The notes under the pieces: generated by a model
Told to the model about the DNA's origin: nothing
Seen by the model: only the letters and a program-made list of their open reading frames with translations
Databases searched by the model: none
IMG/VR virus record: IMGVR_UViG_3300020403_000076
Span: 1 to 26,370 of that record
Length of the DNA stretch: 26,370 nt
DNA from: a virus
Lineage: Duplodnaviria > Caudoviricetes
Reading direction: 5' to 3' (one strand)
Part shown: positions 9,266-16,556 of the stretch, one piece after another
Numbering within the stretch: the first letter of the stretch is position 1
Layout: each line of letters starts with the position of its first letter
Position numbers and translations under genes: made by a program

Positions 9266-10414
9266 TTAAGCTGCTAAGCTGGCCCGACTCACGCTGGCCC
9301 AGTTGGCGGGGCTCATATTCAAAACATCACCGCCTAGCCGTTGCCAATCGTCGACATGATCAGCGTCGGCATTATTCGCGCAAGCTGTCACAGCGTTCAT
9401 AAGGGTTGCACGGCTTATAGGCTGGCCCTGCTCATAGCCTGACTGCCCGATCGTGCTCAAAAGCCCGTCAAAAATCGTGCTAGTTTGTTTTTTAGGAATT
9501 GCAAGCACTTTGCCTAGCTGCTCCACAGCTCCCTGCGTATAAGTCCCCTCGATTACGTCGCCTGCTGCTGCCTTCATCTGCTCTAGTACAGCGTCAAAAG
9601 ATTCGCGGCTGGCATAATTGCGGGTGATGTCCCGCAGCTTCAATCCCAGTGCTGCATTGTCTGCATTTTTTGCTTCATCAGATAGAATGCTCCATGTGTC
9701 ATCATCACCGCGAGCTGATGTGATGTGCGAGCTGCGCGACCTGTTTTGTGTTTGCATCCCGTTAAGGCAGGCCAGTGTCCAGTTAATCTGAAACACTTGA
9801 ATCGAGCCCTGCCCCACTTCAGAATTACTGATACCGATTCCCAGTGCCATAATGTCCCCAACATTTGCGCCTTCACCCAAAATGGTTTCAGACTTGAATC
9901 GGGCATAAAGCCTCTTCTCTGTAATGTCCGCATTTTGGATTTTCCACTGAGCTTCGGATTCCATCAGCTCAGGCAAAACAGTTTCAATGAGGTGCACATT
10001 ATCAAAAGTTTTGAACTTGTCGGAAACAAAAGCCCGGGCAATTCCGAAACGTTCATCATTCATGTGCGTTCTGATCATGCGGGTAACAGGTTCATTTTGC
10101 CATATGGCATTTACGAGCCCGTCCCATTGCTCAGGGTAGCTGCCCTGCAGCCGCCTAGCAGTCCGCACGTCTATTCCTGCGCGGGTTGCTATCTGGTCAA
10201 AGGCAACATCATTCACCTGTAGATGGCGGGTAGGCTCTCCGCCCTGCCCTTCAAGAATAATGCCAGATATGTTTTTATCTTCTGCATATTCAGCGGTTTT
10301 ATAAAAAGCCTGATCGGTTGGTACTAAAAAGTCCTGAGACCTAGCCGCCTGATCCTGCACTTTCCGCATAAGAGCCTGTAATGTGTGAAATTCATTTTCG
10401 ATAGTATGTGTCAT
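9266..10414 (-). CDS. DUF932-family protein
   Basis: 382 aa. ARAFVSDKFKTFDN, GIGISNSEVGQGSIQV...LACLNGM and TLMNAVTACA are DUF932-like signatures. RBS AATGGAG. Confidence 0.78.
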   Translation of the reverse strand: MTHTIENEFHTLQALMRKVQDQAARSQDFLVPTDQAFYKTAEYAEDKNISGIILEGQGGEPTRHLQVNDVAFDQIATRAGIDVRTARRLQGSYPEQWDGLVNAIWQNEPVTRMIRTHMNDERFGIARAFVSDKFKTFDNVHLIETVLPELMESEAQWKIQNADITEKRLYARFKSETILGEGANVGDIMALGIGISNSEVGQGSIQVFQINWTLACLNGMQTQNRSRSSHITSARGDDDTWSILSDEAKNADNAALGLKLRDITRNYASRESFDAVLEQMKAAAGDVIEGTYTQGAVEQLGKVLAIPKKQTSTIFDGLLSTIGQSGYEQGQPISRATLMNAVTACANNADADHVDDWQRLGGDVLNMSPANWASVSRASLAA

Positions 10415-10450
10415 GTGTAAATCTCCATTAATGACAGTTGAACTGTAATG

Positions 10451-10479
10451 GTTATAAGCTTTCTCTTATATAGTGTCAA
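10451..10479 (-). promoter_or_regulatory. Sigma70-type promoter
   Basis: TTGACA-17 nt-TATAAC upstream of the DUF932 gene. Confidence 0.8.
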
Positions 10480-10490
10480 ACAGAACTTTT

Positions 10491-10521
10491 AAAAAATACC
10501 CCCGCCAAAATATGACGGGGG
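10491..10521 (-). terminator. Rho-independent terminator
   Basis: - strand CCCCCGTC-ATATTTT-GGCGGGGG-TATTTTTT. Confidence 0.75.
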
Positions 10522-10615
10522 CTGTTTTAGAGTTTGGGGGCTTTAAACCGTTTTCTTTTAACGGGTTTTGGGGGTTCTTTGTCCTGCGGATAAAAAAGCC
10601 AGTGATATAGTTTTA

Positions 10616-11098
10616 TTAAGAACACGCAGCAGCCTCCAGCTCGACCTGTTCATTATACTCTTCATCATCATGCTGGCGGGCTTCTTTTGTGATAATAAAG
10701 CCCTCCCGATTCACATAATGACGGGGGTCTGTAAACGTCCACGTAACCCCCTCTTCAGTGTCGGTAAGAATGACGGCCCAAATGTGTTTCAGGACACTCT
10801 CTCTCCATTCAGTTGTCATGTCTGGCAAAGACAGGTTTTGCATGTCTGCCATTTTGGCAAGAGCTGCACCAAGTGATAGAAAGTAATCTCCGTGGGCGTC
10901 CCTGATTTCTTCATAAGGAAATTCTTCAGCTTCAACAATGTTACTTTCAATTGTGAAGTCGTGCCCGTCGTCAGTTCGCCTCCATTCAAATTCATCAGGA
11001 TTCCATTTAGCCTTTTCAAAAGCCTCTTCTTCACTTTCGGCAATTACAATGGTCTCATATCCAACATCTTTTGTTGCTGATACTATAAAACTTTTCAT
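10616..11098 (-). CDS. Hypothetical protein with a DpnD/PcfM-like N-terminal domain
   Basis: 160 aa. N-terminal ETIVIAESEEEAFEKA matches the V-x-A-x-S-x-E-E-A pattern of DpnD/PcfM-like domains. Acidic overall. Confidence 0.6.
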   Translation of the reverse strand: MKSFIVSATKDVGYETIVIAESEEEAFEKAKWNPDEFEWRRTDDGHDFTIESNIVEAEEFPYEEIRDAHGDYFLSLGAALAKMADMQNLSLPDMTTEWRESVLKHIWAVILTDTEEGVTWTFTDPRHYVNREGFIITKEARQHDDEEYNEQVELEAAACS

Positions 11099-11256
11099 TT
11101 TTCTTCCTTCTCCACAATTCCAGTAAATTTGACAAAGACACTGCCTTCCTCAGCAGCCTCTACTGCGTCTGCCCTGTATTCATTAAGCTCATAAAAATCT
11201 ACATTCGTAGGTTCAACAGCCTTCCACAACAGATCAAAAAACTCCTGCCTGTTCAT
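11095..11256 (-). CDS. Small hypothetical protein (53 aa, not in track)
   Basis: Hand translation MNRQEFFDLLWKAVEPTNVDFYELNEYRADAVEAAEEGSVFVKFTGIVEKEEK*. ATGA overlaps with both neighbours. Confidence 0.8.
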   Translation of the reverse strand: MNRQEFFDLLWKAVEPTNVDFYELNEYRADAVEAAEEGSVFVKFTGIVEKEEK

Positions 11257-11555
11257 GTCAGTGCCCACTTTTCCCGCAGCTCATAAATTGCGCGACATAC
11301 TTTCCGCATACGTTCGATTTTGTCAAACTCAATATCGCCATTTATATGCGTCAACATTTTTGGGTCATAATCTGGATGTTTTGGGTGATTACAATATTTA
11401 ATCGGGCCTAAAATCCCAATGCCAGAGTGTTCCCCTTCACCAGTTACATTTTCATCACAAACTCGAAAAATCTGTTCTAAGTCTTTTATAGCTTTCAGAA
11501 CATTACAAAGCCTCATTTCATCTGAAGCAACTAAAACTGTTTTATTCATCGTCAT
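11253..11555 (-). CDS. Hypothetical protein
   Basis: 100 aa (alternative start 11549), GGAGGAG RBS, translationally coupled to neighbours. Confidence 0.75.
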   Translation of the reverse strand: MTMNKTVLVASDEMRLCNVLKAIKDLEQIFRVCDENVTGEGEHSGIGILGPIKYCNHPKHPDYDPKMLTHINGDIEFDKIERMRKVCRAIYELREKWALT

Positions 11556-11691
11556 TCTCCTCCTGTGTTAGTTCAGCGAGCCTCGTTTCGGCTTCTCCGC
11601 GAGTATCGAAGGTTTCACCCGTGGGGTAGATTTCCCACTCCCCCACACCGTTTTCACAACGAACAATCTCTAATTTTTCAATGTAATTCAT
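11542..11691 (-). CDS. Small hypothetical protein (49 aa, not in track)
   Basis: Hand translation MNYIEKLEIVRCENGVGEWEIYPTGETFDTRGEAETRLAELTQEENDDE*. TGATG overlap with the upstream gene; GAGGAAGG RBS. Confidence 0.75.
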   Translation of the reverse strand: MNYIEKLEIVRCENGVGEWEIYPTGETFDTRGEAETRLAELTQEENDDE

Positions 11692-11960
11692 CACGATGCC
11701 TTCCTCAAAAAACCTATTTTTGTGAGATGTTCTTCAAGCTGCGGCAGCATATCTGAACTGTGATATTTATTAGGCAAGTCTGCCGCACGACAGCCAGTAA
11801 TTTTCGCCACTTTTGTGCGATATTTACGCAGCAGGTGATAGTGATTCCTGACTGCCTCATCATTACCCCAAAAATCCACACTGTTTAACGCAATCCAAAT
11901 CATGCAGATTTCAGCATCCTTTTCATTTTGGGGGTCAAAAGCTTTAAGATCTTTCGCCAT
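11691..11960 (-). CDS. Hypothetical protein (start revised to 11960)
   Basis: MAKDLKAFDPQ..., 89 aa, preceded by AAGGAG. The longer track ORF overlaps the upstream gene. Confidence 0.72.
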   Translation of the reverse strand: MAKDLKAFDPQNEKDAEICMIWIALNSVDFWGNDEAVRNHYHLLRKYRTKVAKITGCRAADLPNKYHSSDMLPQLEEHLTKIGFLRKAS

Positions 11961-12177
11961 TTTCTTTCTCCTTATGGGTCTCCAAATACCATTCTTTATA
12001 TTTTTTGTAGGCCAACAGCTTGTAGGCGTACAAGTCTGCGAACTCCCAATCTGCAATTGGGTCATAGTCACCAAATACAAACAATGTTTCTATTTCACTC
12101 TCCAGCATGACCATCAATGCGTTGGCCTCTGGCGGAGATAGCTCGAGAGGTTTATGAATTTTCTGTTTTGTTTTCAT
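11944..12177 (-). CDS. Hypothetical protein
   Basis: 77 aa, ATGA-coupled to 12174..12434, GGAG RBS. Confidence 0.75.
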   Translation of the reverse strand: MKTKQKIHKPLELSPPEANALMVMLESEIETLFVFGDYDPIADWEFADLYAYKLLAYKKYKEWYLETHKEKENGERS

Positions 12178-12434
12178 AGCAGGTCTCCAAACATATAAGT
12201 CATAAAATCATCTTGCTTTGTGATGACGCCATCTGAATATTCATAGATGCCATGCAGCTCCATGCCCCCACGTTTCTTTTTACAAACGTGAATCATGTCA
12301 CCATCTTTTAGACTGTCTGGAAATACGGAAAGGGTGTGGGCTAAAGCTGGCCCAATGTCAGAAATTTTGTTTGCTTTAGAATAAATTGAAAAGCCGCTGC
12401 TGCGCTGCTTTGGGGTTGCATACCAATAGGACAT
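12174..12434 (-). CDS. Hypothetical protein
   Basis: 86 aa, AAGGAG RBS, first gene after the promoter at 12469-12496. Confidence 0.78.
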   Translation of the reverse strand: MSYWYATPKQRSSGFSIYSKANKISDIGPALAHTLSVFPDSLKDGDMIHVCKKKRGGMELHGIYEYSDGVITKQDDFMTYMFGDLL

Positions 12435-12468
12435 GCTCGTCTCCTTTAGTTAGTTTGTTGGTAACTAA

Positions 12469-12496
12469 AGGATAAGTCTTATACACCGAATGTCAA
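12469..12496 (-). promoter_or_regulatory. Sigma70-type promoter
   Basis: TTGACA-16 nt-TATCCT overlapping the end of the VRR-NUC gene. Confidence 0.65.
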
Positions 12497-12904
12497 GTTA
12501 AAAAATTCTTCCCAGTTCACGGGGTTTAAAAATTTGAGCTGGGGCTCAAGCAATAGCCCCCTATCCACCAGCTCAATTGCTTGCTCTCCATTATAGACAA
12601 AAATGTCTGCATTTTTCGTATGCACAAAAATGTAAGTTGGGGCGTGTTTGTGCTGAGTTAGCCAAGACACTTGGTGGGGGGACAAACGGACAGCCGAACC
12701 TTTGGTGGTTTTCAACTCTACAAAATAAAATTTTCCCAGTTCAGTGCAAACGACAAGATCAGGAACGCCAAGAGAAGCCCAATTCTCCAGACGGGTGAGT
12801 CGTGCACTAGGCAGATATTTCTTCTGATTCTTTCTCAGCTTCTGGTAAAAGCTCGACTCCAGATTTTTGCTCTTTTGGGGTGATGTCGATAATATCTTGT
12901 CCAT
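12479..12904 (-). CDS. VRR-NUC / PD-(D/E)XK nuclease (Holliday-junction resolvase-like)
   Basis: ESSFYQ...TRLENWASLGVPDLVV...FYFVELK...LSPHQVSW. Start revised to MDKIL (12904). Overlaps the terS 3' end. Confidence 0.82.
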   Translation of the reverse strand: MDKILSTSPQKSKNLESSFYQKLRKNQKKYLPSARLTRLENWASLGVPDLVVCTELGKFYFVELKTTKGSAVRLSPHQVSWLTQHKHAPTYIFVHTKNADIFVYNGEQAIELVDRGLLLEPQLKFLNPVNWEEFFNLTFGV

Positions 12905-13370
12905 GCTGATCCCGCAGCTCCTGCAGAGCTTTCTCAACTTCTTCCCTGCTCATGCTGTCGATAGACCCATGCCGGATTTCTGATTTGTTGATGTAAATAT
13001 TTCCTTGGGCTTGCCCTCTACGATATTCTGCCTGCACGGCTGCAGAGTACGCCCCATTTTCAATCGCCAGGTCACGGATGCGCTGCATGTCACGGACATG
13101 GCGGGCAAAAGTAATCCCATACTTTTCATCCAGCTCAGCTCTAAAAGCTTTTATAGCTGCCACCACATTCGGGTGCATGTTTGGATTGGTAAGTTCAGAA
13201 GCTTTTACATGAGCTGACTTTTCAGGATAGCCTGCGTTGATAGCGGCTTGACGTTTTGTAATCATACCGTCATTTGCTACGAACTCTTTTACGAACTTCT
13301 CTTGTTTAGGTGTCAGGGGGGTTTCAATGGTTTTACGCGGTCTGCCCCTAGATTTCTTTACTACCTGCAT
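12807..13370 (-). CDS. terS: Terminase small subunit
   Basis: 187 aa. LTPKQEKFVKEF...TKRQAAINAGYPEKSAHVKASELTNP is the terminase small subunit HTH signature. N-terminal RGRPRK. Confidence 0.88.
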   Translation of the reverse strand: MQVVKKSRGRPRKTIETPLTPKQEKFVKEFVANDGMITKRQAAINAGYPEKSAHVKASELTNPNMHPNVVAAIKAFRAELDEKYGITFARHVRDMQRIRDLAIENGAYSAAVQAEYRRGQAQGNIYINKSEIRHGSIDSMSREEVEKALQELRDQHGQDIIDITPKEQKSGVELLPEAEKESEEISA

Positions 13371-13442
13371 TTTGCCCTCTTATATGGCCTATTACCCTAA
13401 AAGTAAGGTAAATCAGGTATTTTTGCAACCAATAGGGAAAAG

Positions 13443-13667
13443 TGTAACATGTTACAAAAAAAGTTACAGTCTGAACTCTGTAAATATCTGTATTATATAC
13501 TCAATAACCTTGTGTAACATTTTGATCATTTGAATCACCTAAAAAAAACGAAAAAAAAATATTTTTTGAAAATCTGCCCATATAAAGTTTCAATCGACGA
13601 AACATCCTTATGGGGCAACGATTACAGCGTAACTTTTTTGGTTTTTAAAAGTGTTACAAAAGTTACA
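13443..13667. repeat. Cluster of GTTAC/GTAAC repeats with A-tracts upstream of terS
   Basis: Palindrome TGTAACATGTTACA at 13443-13456. GTTACA at 13463, 13653 and 13662; TGTAAC at 13513; GTAAC at 13629. A-tracts at about 13541-13572. Confidence 0.7.
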
Positions 13668-13775
13668 CCCCGCTCTGAAAACAGAACGAGGTGTGACTTA
13701 ATACCAACTAAACAACAATAATGGAGACTTGCTGTACTATAACCCTAGTCCGTGGACCGCGTACCGTCAAGCCCT

Positions 13776-13814
13776 AAAAGCGAACGACGGGCGATTTATA
13801 TTTCACCCGTCGTC
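13776..13814 (-). terminator. Hairpin terminator for the 13850-15068 gene cluster
   Basis: - strand GACGACGGGTGA-8 nt-TCGCCCGTCGTT (12-bp stem with G-U pairs) followed by CGCTTTT. Confidence 0.65.
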
Positions 13815-13849
13815 TTTTATTTTTTAACCGCGACCAGTCGAAGCGTCGT

Positions 13850-14122
13850 TTAATGGATCGTTTCATCTGGCAGCTCTGCAGCGGCACGGGCAAAGTTATT
13901 CGCTATGCTCAGCATTTCAGACACGTTCTCTGGATCTGGGCAGCTCCGGTAGGCACATTCTAAAATAACAGACAGCAGGCCCACCATGACCAGCGGCTCG
14001 TGGTCCGCCGCCCCTGACTTGACGCCTTTAGATATAGCTTCAAGGGCATCGACGCCCATATCATACCCGTGGGCGAAGTCTTTTTGGGTTGGATGTACGG
14101 CAAGCCGTTTAGGTTCAGTCAT
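13850..14122 (-). CDS. Hypothetical protein
   Basis: 90 aa, ATGA-coupled, ends in ETIH. Confidence 0.75.
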   Translation of the reverse strand: MTEPKRLAVHPTQKDFAHGYDMGVDALEAISKGVKSGAADHEPLVMVGLLSVILECAYRSCPDPENVSEMLSIANNFARAAAELPDETIH

Positions 14123-14355
14123 CCCTGTAAAATCCTAGCCCAGTGTTTATTAATTTCAGACACTTCATCATGTGCCTCTCGAGTGTATCCTTTACTACTT
14201 AAAAGGTTTTGATTATGCAAATTTATCACACTCTGAACAACTTGCATAGATTCGGCCCATTGGGGGCGGAGCCCCTCAATATATCCGGCCTTTTCTATCA
14301 TATCATCAATGGTTTCATCATCCATCGTCATCGTCATCACCGTCCTCTTTATCAA
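14119..14355 (-). CDS. Hypothetical protein (true start probably a few codons downstream)
   Basis: Up to 78 aa. A GAGGAC RBS-like sequence precedes the internal ATGs. Confidence 0.7.
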   Translation of the reverse strand: MIKRTVMTMTMDDETIDDMIEKAGYIEGLRPQWAESMQVVQSVINLHNQNLLSSKGYTREAHDEVSEINKHWARILQG

Positions 14356-14524
14356 ATGCTAAGAAGATACGCACACCTTTAACATCTTTCAACTCCGCCA
14401 CAAAGGCTGCACCTTCCATGCCGCCTTCTCCGTCGAATATGATTTCTGATTCTTCTTCAACTTCTTTCTGGAGCTTTTCCATGTACTTTTCTTCAAAGTT
14501 AATGATTTTACCTGTCATATCCAC
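14318..14524 (-). CDS. Small acidic hypothetical protein
   Basis: 68 aa, Asp/Glu-rich, overlapping neighbours in a tight operon. Confidence 0.7.
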   Translation of the reverse strand: MDMTGKIINFEEKYMEKLQKEVEEESEIIFDGEGGMEGAAFVAELKDVKGVRIFLAFDKEDGDDDDDG

Positions 14525-14802
14525 CGCCCTAATAAATGCCGTTTGCTGTAAGGATGATAACGAACTTTGCAGTCCTTCTCTTCCAGCTTAGCATTTATTG
14601 TCGGGCTTGAACACCAACCCCTGATGCCCATGTCGTCCATCTCTTTTAGACGGTCATGTTCCTCGCGCCAGAACTTAGCGTTTTGAGGCTGACCATTCCA
14701 GTCAGCCTCTTCTGCCCAATATGCACAACAGATCATCGCGCCATATTGGGTCAACATGTTGCCCATGTTCGGAGTGTCCCGAACAATTACAGGGACTTTC
14801 AT
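14515..14802 (-). CDS. Hypothetical protein
   Basis: 95 aa, ATGA-coupled to the upstream gene. Confidence 0.7.
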   Translation of the reverse strand: MKVPVIVRDTPNMGNMLTQYGAMICCAYWAEEADWNGQPQNAKFWREEHDRLKEMDDMGIRGWCSSPTINAKLEEKDCKVRYHPYSKRHLLGRWI

Positions 14803-15068
14803 TCTTTTTCACCGAAGATATCGTTATATACGCCTCGCTGAAAAGCGTCGTGGGCCTCGCCCAAAGCAATTATATCATTAATGGGTGGGTGGTTAAGAAA
14901 ACGGTATGACCTTAAGATGTCATGCGTTGTGTTGAAAAGTTTTAACATTTGCAACATATGCGCTTTAGTTAGCGTCTTTTCACTTGGTTTTTCTTTTACC
15001 ACTTCTGCACTCACTTTCAATTCAACTTTACGGGGGCGGCCTGGGCCTCTCTTTTTCATTGCTTTCAT
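14799..15068 (-). CDS. Hypothetical protein with an AT-hook-like N-terminus (start revised to 15068)
   Basis: MKAMKKRGPGRPRKVELK..., preceded by AAGGAGAGAAGG. Confidence 0.72.
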   Translation of the reverse strand: MKAMKKRGPGRPRKVELKVSAEVVKEKPSEKTLTKAHMLQMLKLFNTTHDILRSYRFLNHPPINDIIALGEAHDAFQRGVYNDIFGEKE

Positions 15069-15078
15069 CCTTCTCTCC

Positions 15079-15132
15079 TTGACATAAAGTTTTAATGCCC
15101 CTACCATATAAGAGTTGTATTATATTTGTCAA
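15079..15132. promoter_or_regulatory. Overlapping opposite-strand sigma70 promoters
   Basis: + strand TTGACA(15079)-17-TACCAT. - strand TTGACA(15132-15127)-16/18-TATATG/TATGGT. The 18-bp palindrome at 15107-15124 lies between the two -35 boxes. Confidence 0.7.
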
Positions 15133-15144
15133 GAGGAGTTTTAT

Positions 15145-15396
15145 ATGACGGACTGGATGGGCGTAGCGGACATGACCCCCGAAGAGTTTAAGAAACTTTT
15201 AGAAAACATGACAGATAAGGTCATTAATTTTAAAAAAGACCCTGCGGGCAAAAACAACAGGGTATATAGCTCGCGGGTTGCGGGTATGCATATGAACCGC
15301 AGAAGCAGAAAAAATAAATGGAAAAGAGTGGGTAATGTTTATCCTGAACCGAAGGGGCGTAAATGGAAAAGGCTTTCTAATCCTTTAGAAGATTAA
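15145..15396 (+). CDS. Hypothetical basic protein (start revised to 15145)
   Basis: MTDWMGVADMTPEEFKKLL..., GAGGAG RBS, Lys/Arg-rich C-terminus. Confidence 0.72.
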   Translation: MTDWMGVADMTPEEFKKLLENMTDKVINFKKDPAGKNNRVYSSRVAGMHMNRRSRKNKWKRVGNVYPEPKGRKWKRLSNPLED

Positions 15397-15869
15397 TCAT
15401 AATAGGCCATGCAGCGTTGCCAGCTCTTCGTCGCTATATCATCGTCATCATACGTTGTGATTCGCAATCGTTTGGTGATGTTGTTTCGCAAACAGCCCAC
15501 GGGCATAAACAGGACACGTTCTATTTCAAATGCCACTAACGCCACGATATCGCAGTCAGAAAAAGAAAGGGGGACTTTTTTGCCCCCTTTGCACGTTGCG
15601 AACTGGTAACTTAAAGACTTCTTGCCGTTCAGTTTTAATTGACTTGTCTTTACTTGTATACGCCAAAGCCTTTCGTTACATTCAGCAACGATATCCGAGC
15701 AGCCCATGTGAACGATCTGCGCGGGTATTCCTAATTTCAGAAGGCGAGTGGCGCAAATGTGCTCTCCTATCAAGCCTACTTCTAAGCCTTTTAACTTTTC
15801 CAGCAGCCTTCCCCCGAAGACGCCTGTCCCTATAGTTATTATGCAGAATTTTTTAAAAATTGAAAACAA
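15393..15869 (-). CDS. PD-(D/E)XK endonuclease (homing-endonuclease-like family); start uncertain, possibly about 15806
   Basis: GLIGEHICATRL...SDIVAE...RIQVKTS...YQF...DCDIVALVA. Confidence 0.75.
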   Translation of the reverse strand: MFSIFKKFCIITIGTGVFGGRLLEKLKGLEVGLIGEHICATRLLKLGIPAQIVHMGCSDIVAECNERLWRIQVKTSQLKLNGKKSLSYQFATCKGGKKVPLSFSDCDIVALVAFEIERVLFMPVGCLRNNITKRLRITTYDDDDIATKSWQRCMAYYD

Positions 15870-16554
15870 ACTTATTTGTCGCTATTCACATGAAGATGCC
15901 CCTGTGCCTGACGGCTGGGAATTTAGAAAGCTCCACGGGCATCATGGAGCAAACGGATATGGAGTATTAGTTATGCCAGACAACAGAGAAAAGGATGATT
16001 ATTATCCCACGCCCCCTGAAGCGACAAAGGCCATGATGGGCCGTTGTCCGTGGCTCGTGTATGGTGATAAGGAGAACGACTATGACGTTTGGGAGCCCGC
16101 GTGTGGCGAAGGTCATATGTCAAAAGTGTTTGAGGAGCATGGGTTAAGGACTTACAGCACCGACCTCGTGGACCGTGGTTATGGGGACGCACATGGTGTA
16201 GACTTTCTTATGGAACAGAAGAGCCATGCGCCGTGGATCGTGACCAACCCTCCTTACAAGTTGGCAAACGAGTTTGTGAAACACGCTTACAAGCTGCAGG
16301 TTGAAAACCCCCAGGGCGAAGGTTTTATCTTTTTACTGCGGCTGGCGTTTCTTGAAGGACAAAAGCGTTATACAGAAATTTTTAAAGACATGCCGCCGAC
16401 AAAGGTATTGGTCCACACAAAGCGGCTCACGTTGATTCGGGGCGACCATGAAGAAGCATGGTACGGGTCAGGTAAGACAGCTATGGCGTGGTTTGTCTGG
16501 GAAATAGACCCGTTCACAAAAGAAACGAATCAACCCTCTATTATGTGGATATAG
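15841..16554 (+). CDS. DNA amino-methyltransferase (probably N6-adenine); alternative start 15973
   Basis: DDYYPTP, VWEPACGEG (SAM-binding motif I), IVTNPPY (motif IV), LLRLAFLEGQKR, AWFVW. GGAG RBS before the ATG at 15973. Confidence 0.85.
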   Translation: MQNFLKIENKLICRYSHEDAPVPDGWEFRKLHGHHGANGYGVLVMPDNREKDDYYPTPPEATKAMMGRCPWLVYGDKENDYDVWEPACGEGHMSKVFEEHGLRTYSTDLVDRGYGDAHGVDFLMEQKSHAPWIVTNPPYKLANEFVKHAYKLQVENPQGEGFIFLLRLAFLEGQKRYTEIFKDMPPTKVLVHTKRLTLIRGDHEEAWYGSGKTAMAWFVWEIDPFTKETNQPSIMWI

Positions 16555-16556
16555 TT

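Noticed and set aside
13327-13827. + strand ORFs 13327..13533 and 13530..13721, and a TTG-started 32-aa frame after ATGGAG at 13721
   Set aside because: Low-complexity translation of AT-rich repeat DNA. RBS spacing to the TTG is only 2 nt, and the nearby hairpin pairs better on the - strand.
15748-15840. GTG start of the methyltransferase at 15748
   Set aside because: It would overlap the conserved N-terminal core of the opposite-strand nuclease. Later starts (15841, 15973) are more plausible.
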